Shown here piece after piece: positions 46,501 through 56,000 of a stretch of DNA of 64,000 bases (position 1 is its first letter; each line of letters starts with the position of its first letter). The notes beneath the pieces were generated by a model that was not told where the DNA came from, made no database searches, and was given only the letters and a program-made list of their open reading frames with translations. Position numbers and translations under genes: made by a program. This stretch comes from Haliotis rubra. Taxonomy: Eukaryota. Where the stretch lies: positions 1,302,001-1,366,000 of the forward strand of contig NW_025765203.1 of NCBI RefSeq assembly GCF_003918875.1, written 5' to 3'.

Positions 46501-49261
46501 TTATGTTTCTGTGAAAATGTTTTTGATCGAAAATTGAAAGAACTGTTGTTCAATCCGATATATAACTCACTCATTCCTTCCACGGTTTGTGAATGTTTCA
46601 GTAAAATTTATTCGTGCAATGAAGAATGGGTTAAGACATACATTTGCAACCACATGACCTCTACCATAGTTAAATGTTGTAAATTTGAAACAGAAGAAAA
46701 GGAAAATGTATTGGTTTTCAAATATAAAATGTATGTCATACCACCATTATTATTCGAATATATTTTTCATTTTAAAAGTTTAAATTCAAGTTCTATTTTT
46801 AAAAACAGAACCACGTAGAAGAATTATTTCAGAGCCAACTAAGAGTCAGTACATTTCATTTGTGTTATAGATATTTTCAATTAGAACTCACAAAAATGAT
46901 GAAGTCAGCTGAGAGTTGATCGTATAGTTTCTTGTCCCCTCTGTTTCTATTCTTGTTATACCTCTGGAACCAGAGGTACAGATAAGCTGCGTATCTGCGT
47001 AAATTACGCAAATATTTATATGAAAACTCAATTCCTTTTAAGTCTATTACGTACTGGTACGCTTGAAGTTTTGTAAATACTCAATAAGTTTGATCTTACA
47101 TGCGTACACACATAAATGTCACATTTTAGCTTGCGTACCGGTGGTTAGATAAAATAACTGAGGTATATTGAGAGGTTCTATTTCAACTTGGCAACTAGCA
47201 GTCTTTCTTATCGTTTCTCATATTACAGATCAAATATGAATAATAAACACGTATACCAACATTTAAACTTTATTATATTTTCACAATTAATGGAAAATGA
47301 CAAAATACCAAATTGAGTTGGAAGGAGGTGGGTACAATATATTTGGTTACTCAAGGGAAACTTAGGATACCCAATTAAGATGAACACAAGCGAGTACATA
47401 ACTCAATGACTCAAAAAGTTATCTGTAGCTCTGTCTGGAACCACAATAGCGTGATTGCAAATATGTATTTTATGTACTTTTATATGTTAAGAAAGTCACA
47501 TATATGTATATTTTTTGTTAATCACAGAAGCCCACCAGATCCAAGTCCAAGGGGTATCTACAATACTCCAACTTGTCACTACGAGAAGCATACAACGCCG
47601 TAGTCGGGAAGAAGATGTCCATGTACCAGGCGTCGAAACAGTTCCACGTGCCCTACATGACCCTGCACGACCGGGTGAAGGGCAAGATAGCCATGGACAC
47701 GCCCATGGGACGCCGAGCCATGCTGACGGTTGACCAAGAGGAGAAGCTCGTGGAATACTTCAAACATCTCTTTAACATCGGGTATGGCTACAGCAAAAAC
47801 GAATTCCTGCAGATTGTCACAGACCATGCAGTGCATTGTGGGAGCAGGAAGAAGAAAGGGAAAGTGAAGGTCGGAAAGATTTGGTACTATAGCTTCTTGA
47901 AGCGTCACCCGGATGTAATATCTGTAAGGCCTCATCAGCGGCCGTCATGTGCTTCAAAAAGTGCAATAAGTAAATATTACGATGAACTGGAACATTTCCT
48001 GAAGAAACATGGTCTTGTGAACAAGCAGCATGCCACTTTCTGCATGGACAAAGTTGCCATAGCTTGTGAGGAAATTCGTGACAAGCAAAAGGGAGAAAAC
48101 TCTGAGGAGGAGTCGGAATCTGCTACTTCTATGGTGAACTCGATGGTTGTTGTTATAGCGGCAGGCAACGCTGCAGGGGATCAGTTACCTCCCTTTTTTG
48201 TATTCCCTGGGGAGACGAAGCTTCCTAAGGTAACAGACACGACACCGGGGACGTCAGGGTGCGTCTCATCAGTCAACTGGGTTGATGGTGACGTTTTAAA
48301 GAAATACCTGTTCGAACACTTTTTGCCTTTGGCTCGGAACAGCAGTACTGATGATTCTCTGGTGTTGCTGTACGATGGCCACAAGTTCCCCTTGTTCCCA
48401 GGACTAATTGACTGGGCCCAGGATAAGAAGCTATATCTGTTCCCGCTGCCACCTCACTGCAGCTGTGTCCAGAAAAACCCGTTGTCCATTTTGTCTGATT
48501 TCGATGACATTTACACACAGGAACTTCAGTCTTACCTTAGAAGAGACAGAGTCCAAGACATTGACATCTCAAAGAACACTACCTGTCAAATTTCATGCCA
48601 GACTTATTTGAAAATTGTATTACCGGAAGAGTTAAAAACACTTTTCCTCAAAGCTGGCGTCATCCCACTCGACCCTCTATCCATGCCCTGGCCCGTCCAT
48701 AAACCTCTGAAGCTGGATAGGACAAACGTGAAATCCCGAGTTCTGACAGACCAGTCCAGTGATGATTCTGACTCCAGTGAAGACGAAGATGATTCCACAC
48801 CTGACATTAAATCTAAACCAAAGAGGAAGATTCTGGCAAGAAACAGATCAAAGAAACGCCAAAGTGATGAAAATTACAGCAACACAGACACAAAGCCCAA
48901 GAGGGTGAAGACGACCCAGATGTATGCCTCAGACTCGTCCGCGGGCTGTGTTGAGAAGGAGGAGGAGCAGGCCCAGGATGGAAGAGGAAGCTCAGGCTCA
49001 GACTATGCGTATGATAGTGAGGCCAGCAGTGGGGCAGGGCTGCTGGTGTTTGACGAGGATGACCAGAAGTGTTGTGTGTGTGGCAAGCTGGAGCCTCCCG
49101 GGCTTGCAGGGGAGGTCAGTATCGTGATCGTGGAGTGGGTCCAGTGTGATACCTGCTCACACTGGACGCATCTCCGGTTCTGCACCAAGGTCGGGGTAGT
49201 GGACAGTGAAGAGGAGTTTAAATGTCCACATTGTGCTCCGCCAAGGAGGGGAGTTGTGTAG
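43545..49261 (+). CDS. pogo/CENP-B-family transposase-derived protein (HTH_psq, CENP-B HTH, degenerate DDE_1, C-terminal PHD finger), about 582 aa, 2 exons
   Basis: Uninterrupted exon 47528-49261 follows acceptor TTTTTTGTTAATCACAG. It encodes ASKQFHVPYMTLHDRVKG (psq), WYYSFLKRHP (CENP-B), GNAAGDQLPPFFVFPG / LLYDGH / LPPH (DDE_1) and CCVC..WVQCDTCSHWTHLRFC..FKCPHC (PHD). Inferred first exon is 43545-43559 (MRKKK, phase 0). The main exon is certain; exon 1 is less so. Confidence 0.85.
43966..44552 (+). mobile_element. SINE family B split into 43966-44045 and 44475-44552 by a LINE insertion
   Basis: The 5' half ends GGGTACAATG and the 3' half resumes TGAAGCCCATTTCTGG; these are contiguous in intact copies. 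Confidence 0.88.
44046..44474 (-). mobile_element. 5'-truncated Rex1/Babar-type LINE 3' end
   Basis: Minus-strand ILTFSFHCWYGSL..KIVNTARKIAG..YNLLPSGRRYK..TKRARTSFIPSTISLLNK is the Rex-Babar ORF C-terminus, followed by a (TTCTA)n tail. Confidence 0.82.
44782..45973 (-). mobile_element. SINE-like family A split into 45906-45973 (head) and 44782-44964 (body/tail) by a Harbinger-containing insertion
   Basis: The two halves are collinear with intact copies. CCCGTTAGTCGCC is duplicated at 44952-44964 and 45906-45918. Confidence 0.85.
44965..45901 (-). mobile_element. Harbinger (PIF/HARBI1-like) transposon, 5' fragment with first transposase exon (45716-45159, one frameshift)
   Basis: TIR GGGCCCGATCCACAAAGCGTTCGTAGCGCTAAGA. 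Translation RPRVFRDR..RRYRLPR..ALSPETQVLIALRYYGKG..GVSQSTVSR / FPKVLGCIDGTLIPI..YVCRKGFHALNVQAVCDA is followed by a GT donor; the 3' part is missing. Confidence 0.9.
46000..46157 (-). mobile_element. Degenerate tRNA-derived SINE (third family)
   Basis: Minus strand TAGCCCAGTCG (A-box-like) and GGTTCGAATCCC (B box). GCCAGCACCATACC is shared with an old repeat at ~36325. Confidence 0.45.
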
Positions 49262-49736
49262 CCGAGGAAGGCAAATATCTGTGCTTCACTCACCAATGAC
49301 TGATAGGGACTGCAACATTTTCGTTCCGGTAGAGCTGTTTTTAAATTAAAAAAAGGGAAAGAAGTTTCTTTCTGTTACCAATGCGAAAGTTTGTTTTGCC
49401 TGAAAAGGGGTTGCATCGTCTTTCATTTTCATGAGGTCAAAGCTCTTCCAGTGTGGATCTGTTGGAATTGTTTACGAATGGGGAACATTTCCCATGGACT
49501 TAATGTGCTCTTTCCTGGGATAATTCTTCTTTTGTTCTTAATTATTGGTTCACGAAGCAAACGTACGAATTAGTACAAACCCTTGCATACACATTGAGAA
49601 GATATGTGCTGAATTCTTGAAATTTATACATCTGTCTGTGTTATTGCAACTGCATCAGTACTACCAAGCTATACACCTCTGCGGGAAGATCCGATCACAC
49701 CTCCACGTATGTTGTGGCTTTGGGTTAACTTTCTAA

Positions 49737-50048
49737 GGGACCGTTCATAATTTATGGCTAGGGGTGGTGGTGATGATTTTTATGGAGAAGCATGTTCAAT
49801 GTGAATGAACCCGCTAAAATTTATGTACAAAATAAGTGACTCCCCCTTGCATGTCATGTACAAAATCAATTACCACCCCTCCCCTTCCCATAATTTCTAA
49901 GCATAATTTTAAACATATTTTGATGTACAAAATTGCTGACCCCCTAGTTCGTGTGTACAAAATTGCTTAACCCCCGCTCCCCAGAACAAAATGGATGGCC
50001 CCTTAAAAATCATCATCACCCCCCTAACCATAAATTATGAACGGTCCC
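49737..50048. mobile_element. PIF/Harbinger-type MITE with TAA TSD
   Basis: TIRs GGGACCGTTCATAATTTATGG / CCATAAATTATGAACGGTCCC with TAA on both sides. Internal TGTACAAAAT repeats. Confidence 0.88.
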
Positions 50049-50839
50049 TAATACGCATGCATGTATGGAGCATTAAAACAACTTCCAAAAGTAGATAACA
50101 TAAAGTTTATAATGTTGTGGAAATTTCATTCGCCCTGTCGTTTAAATTGCCTATGAGGTTCACATTAGGATGAAGGTGCACGTCAAGATGAAGATACACA
50201 CTGAGATAAAGGTACACATTAGGAGGATTGTACACATTGTGGACTCCTGTTTGTGAGATCTTGCAATAAACCACTGAACAGCAACATACGTCTTGCTCAT
50301 ATGTAACGGACAGTTGATACATTGCCTAGTATTGAAACTAGTTCCTGCCAGTCTAAGTAAACTTAATACTGAGTCTAAGTTTATTTAGACCGGAGTTCCT
50401 CTGTGACAAATAAAAATCATTTCCGTTTCCGGAGATTGTGTCTAATGGCCCGGATGTACATGTATCCCAATACTAGTCGCAGTATTACAGCTGTGTAATG
50501 ATATTCTGTAATTAATCGAGCCAGCACCAGACAATCCAGTGATCGATACAATGAGCAACATCCGGATGACCCGCAACCATCCTGACACCCGGTGTCTTTG
50601 GTTGCCCACCCCTTTACGATAGCTGTGGTAATTCCACATGGATTAGGGTCAGGTCCAGCGAATTGGTCGGTAACGTTTTTGGTCGCTGAAGGTTTCAATC
50701 AGTTACATGCAGCAGAGATACAGCTTGACCACTGCTGACTGCAATATACAGCCCTTGGCGTGTACCGTGCACGTTCATCATCTCCGGATAAGTCCGATAT
50801 GGTCACTCGCCTTTGAGAAGTTGCAAAGCCATGCATATA

Positions 50840-52351
50840 TACTGAGTCAAAAAAGAAACTTCACATTCTTTCTTCAGGGCACTATAAAAGAACATGAGAT
50901 GGTAAGATGGTTAAATTGTTATTATTTCATTGCTGAGATCTGTGTGATGTACTCGATACACTGCCAGTGCCATAATCAGTTCCTTTAGGCTACACCGCCG
51001 TTCCAAAACATGGGTATACAGAATGTCAAGTCACAAGAATAAAAATGCGAAATTTCCCAGTTCACTGTCGTGTATGGCCGCCCCGCGCATTCACCACTGC
51101 CAAACACCGTCTCCTCATCGACTGCTTGATGCTTGTGAACACGTGGTTGGGGATTCTGCGCCATTGCTCTTGCAAGGCAGCGCCAAGTTCCTGCAAATTC
51201 TGAGGTTGGTTCCTAAGACCACGAAGCCTTCTCCCAAGTGCATCCCAAACGTGCTCTATTGGATTAAAGTCAGGGGACCTCGATGGCCAGTCCATGACAT
51301 TGATTCCAGCGTTTTGAAGGACATTTCGTGTCAACATCGCGGTATGCGGCCGAGCATTATCATGCTGGAACTGTAGACCTGGGCCATGAGCCGCCATGAA
51401 AGGAACGAGTTCAGGGGTGAGCACCTGGTCGCGGTAAGCAGCAGCTGTGAGGTTTCCACGGATGACCAGAAGTCGGGAACGGTTGTTCCCACACCATGCA
51501 ATGCAACTTCCGCCCCCGAATCTGTCGACTTCCTGTACACAACATTGGGCATACCGTTCACGACGTCGTCTCCAGACTCTATGCCTGCCGTCCGCGAATC
51601 TGAGGGTAAACCTGGATTCATCGCTAAAGACGACTCGATTCCTGTCTCTCTGGGTCCATCGTTGGGCCCACAGCAGAGGTTGACGTTGATGAAACGGCGT
51701 CAATATTGGCCCACGATATGGACGTCGAGAATGGAGATTGGCAGCCCGCAGCCGATTACGAATGGTCTGTGAGGTCAGTCGACCTCTAAACATCTCAGCC
51801 CTGGTTCGTGTAGAACAGAAATCTGTCACGTAGGTGACGTAAGACGATTTGACGGTCTTCTGCTCGTGACGTCACACGTGGACGACCCGACCTTGGGCGA
51901 TCAGAAGTAGTGCCAGTTTGTTGTAGACGACCTCGCAAGTCATACACAGTACGACGGCTGCATCCCATTGCTCTTGCGACGTCAATAACTGATCTTCCCG
52001 CTTGCAGCATGCCAACGGCACGTTCACGTTGCACATTTGACAATCGTGGCACTTTAAGTACCGTTGGAACTGTGGTTTAAAAGTGTTTTTTCAATTCTTG
52101 AGGCCAATGCAAACACGTGCATATGAAGAAAACTTCGATGCGAAGATCACGTGATCGACTGCACGTGCAAAACCTGATTTGGCACTAACGTCATTTGCAC
52201 GACGAATGGATGGGTTTGAGTGGGTTTTGCTAACGATTTTCTTGAGTCGAAAGATAGGGATCCCATTTCGGATACATAGATGTATCATCAGAGAAAAATT
52301 ATTCATTATTTTTCAAATTACATTTTGTGAAGGTTTTATTTTGACTCAGTA
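50840..52351 (-). mobile_element. Tc1-family DNA transposon, full length (1512 bp)
   Basis: TIRs TACTGAGTCAAAAAAGAAACTTCACA / TGTGAAGGTTTTATTTTGACTCAGTA with a TA TSD on both sides. Confidence 0.95.
51062..52052 (-). pseudogene. Tc1 transposase (DD34E), start codon GTG and frameshift at ~51815
   Basis: Paired-like HTH, DRPRSGRPRVT, FSDESRF, QHDNARPH, SPDFNPIEHVW; 34 residues between the second D and the E. Confidence 0.93.
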
Positions 52352-52710
52352 TAGTAACATATTTTGTATATTTATAGTAGAAATCATGTTTCATTTCACA
52401 CATTAAATATCCAATACAATACTAAAATTTACCTCAGAAAACAATCCAAAGCTATACCCAAAGAATATCAAAAGAGAAATTCCCTTTTTAAAACAATCAA
52501 TCAGATGTGTTTTTCTTCTGATGAACGAATGTGTAGTGTCCAGTATTCAGGCTAGCGAAGTGCCCAGGCTGGCTATAGAGACAAAACGGCTTGAGTGGGG
52601 AAGAGTTTAGACTTTTGTGTTAAGCAGTGCACATGTTGTGAGCATGTAGTGAGTATGCTTACCTTAGCTGAGCAATATGATAAAATAAAATAAGATGAGC
52701 AAAACTGAAA

Positions 52711-52797
52711 TGAGTGAGTGAATCAGTATGGTTTTACGCCGCTTTTTGCAATATCACGGAATATCACCGCGGATGACACCAGAAATGAGCTTCACGT
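52711..52797 (-). mobile_element. SINE family B 3' fragment
   Basis: Reverse complement of GAAGCTCATTTCTGGTGTC..GATATTGCAAAAAGCGGCGTAAAACCATAC..ACTCACTCA. Confidence 0.7.
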
Positions 52798-53022
52798 CTG
52801 TAGAGTGAAATTTCAGTTATGTATGTACATGGATTCTACTTAATATACAACATACTATACATACATGTATATACATGATCTGGTACTAGCAAAACATCTG
52901 ATGTTCTGCCGAGGGAGGAATCGTCCCATCCTTCCCACACAAACACCCCCCACTGTCGGAACCTAAGATGTTAAGTTTAGTAAATCTTCTTATTTTGTTT
53001 TTGTAGATTTATATTATTCAAC

Positions 53023-56000
53023 ATGGCCAAAGTGGGTGTTGCAGTGTTCGGCCTTGGCAAAATGGGTATGTATTTTCAATGCCTCACTGATAACTTTGAA
53101 GTACGTTCCCGTATATCAAACACAACAACTTACGGAGCTCGTGCATTTTGTTTTATAAATGTATTGCTGCAACATGAACAGATTACTGATACGATTAAAC
53201 CTAACCACGTGACCTGTTGAGCAAGCCGCAAACAATTTCTTTATCGAAAGACCCCATGGATCGTCGTGTACAAATATTGGTCAAAGGAGTTTCTGCCCCA
53301 GACCTGGGCCCCGTTCTTCAAAGCGATCGTAGCTCTACGACAGTCGTAACACCCATACTTTAACATAGACTTACGACTGTCGTAGAGCTACGATCGGTTT
53401 GAGGAACGGGGCACTGATTGTATACAGGTTGCCGTCATATCCGGAATCCATTGCTGAGTCGGGCGTTAAATCAAATGAGAGTTTGGAGACATTTGTTAAT
53501 AGCGGTTGTCCAAAGCGGCTTGATTTGCACAACAGAGTTATGTACCCTGGCATGCCGGATCCTGCGACATTGGGTTCGTAGCCTATTGGGTTCTGTTGGA
53601 TTATGACGCTTGGTTTGTCAGTACCGCGTGGTAAACGTTATACGTCTGTATCTGGTCTTTTCCCCCACGTTGATACAGCTGAAACTGAAATAATTCTTAA
53701 CATGGTGTTTACCCGACTGAGTAACGTACGTGGTAGTTACGTTAAGGGCAATGTTCATTTGAAGGTATGGTCCATCTCAAGAACGTGATGCAGTCCCCAC
53801 GTGCAACGCTAAAATGGATCGTCAGAAACGATGTAAAGGAAGCACAGAGATTCGTAGACGCCTTTTCACTTCCATCGAGAGTTACTTCCCCTGATTGCCT
53901 CGACCCTGTGTTGGAAGACCCGAGGTAAAATCTTGATGTTTGTTAAAGGTCACATGCAACCAAAAAATCAAACTTAATTAAAACACAATTATCACTTATT
54001 CATGACATATAATATACATTGCTGGTTACGCAAAAATATATAAACAAAATTATAAGCGTACAATCGCAAATCGAAAGTGCAAAATTGTGTACTTCGGTTT
54101 ACTTCCCAAGAAACGAAGCAGCCGGGATACCGAACCCAGTCAGAGCGGGTGGGTGTGCACTCAAGTGTAACGGCTGGTTCATTTGCAGATGCCTTCACGG
54201 CTAATTGTGTGTATATAGAGAGAGAGATGTTGGGTTTTGTAAATACATGCTCATTTTTTGTGTAGAACATTTTGCAATCAACAGACATCATAACATGTCA
54301 TGTGTTCAAGTATCACACCTGCCTGTCTGTGTAATTACATAATGTGACAGAGACCGAACTCGGGCCATAAATCAATGCGTTTTGTTTATGGTGTATAGCC
54401 TGATTGGTGTTAAGTTCAAATTGCATGTGGTCAGTGATAGCAGCTGTGTATTGAATATTGTCATTAGCAGACAGGCAGGCAGACACACAGGTGTCAATAA
54501 AACGAGTTTTGTCTGTGACAACGACATATCTATATCACAGTTAGAAATTGTGTCAACTCTAAATAATGACATTGCTTTTAAGTATCGAACTGAGAAAGTG
54601 TCTCGGTAAGAAGAACGTGTGGTGAAATAGACAAATGAAATTATATAAACAGTTAATTTACTGTCATAACATATAAAAAGCTCGCGCCTGTGAGATATCA
54701 ACAAAACATTAGAAAAATAGCTCACACCAAAGCTTTCACCGAGTATTCACCGGATAACCCGCTTCCAAGCTGCGTGAACCTATTTACTTGCGCACGTGCT
54801 ATGAGCGCAGCCCAGCTGTTGAAACCCGTTTTCCCAAGAAAAGTCTGGGGAAAATTAGTGAAACGTTTGAACTCCGATTTCAAACGTTTTTTTTCATCGC
54901 GTTATTTTTCAACTTTATAAGTTGAATTTGCATTTTTGACGATTTGCTTCGGTATGTCCATACCGAAAGGTATCAGTATCTGCAAAGTTGTGTTTTACGT
55001 TGCATGTGACCTTTAAGTTGTTGTATCCTCTTTGGCCCTTTGAACGAGTGTAAACCCATGGAGAGCCGGGTTGGAATAGGCCCCAAACAACTTATGCTCA
55101 AGACTCTAAACAGAATGTCACTCTCAAGTGCGGCTGGCCCATACTTGAATTTTGGGGCGGTTGGGTAGCCAAGTGGTTAAAGCGTTCGCTCGTCACCTCG
55201 AAGACCGGGTTCAATTACCCAAACGGGTAAACTGAGTGAAGCCCATTTCAGGTATCCCCCACCGTGATTTTGCTGGAAAATTACTAAAAGTGGCGTAAAA
55301 CCAAATTTATTCACGGTCACAAAGTAAATATAAATTATATTTAAAAAGTACTCAGTGGGCCCAGGGTGATCAAAATTGAATCGAGAAATTATGCACTGCA
55401 TTACCGAGGATGAAGTGTGTGAAGGTTTGACGATGCAGATGAGTGGGAAGGGAGTTGGGGTTTTCAAATGCTTCTTGTGTGCCACAGCGATCTGTTTGAG
55501 GAACCGTTGAACTCCCTCACTCTCATTCCAGTGTAGGAGCGGTCATTATCGCGTCCCCATCTACTGAGCATGCGCAGCAGATTCAGGCTTGTCTAACAGC
55601 CAGTGAGTGAACCGTTCAATGTCAATAAAATTAGATATTTTACTCCCAACATATCATGAAACCTGAGCGCATTTTCATCACTCAAAAATTTTAATTCTCA
55701 ATGACGCATATATATTCTTCAGATGGTGCTATAGGCGCTATGTCGCCCAAAACACTTTATGATCGAGAGTAATATAATGGCGACTGTATTTCCGGCAGTC
55801 GGAACACCCCAGGGTTTTCTCGTTTCCGAGTTACAGAAATCAGACATGCTGGTTCGAATGTTTGGCTCAGTCGCACCGAGAATTCAGAAAGTGAAATTAA
55901 AGTGAAATATTTTAATGACATTGGTGACGTGTTGAGGACAAAATAACTGTATATTGACCAATAGAGATCTCCAGTACCCCATGTCTGTCGTCTGGGCGGT

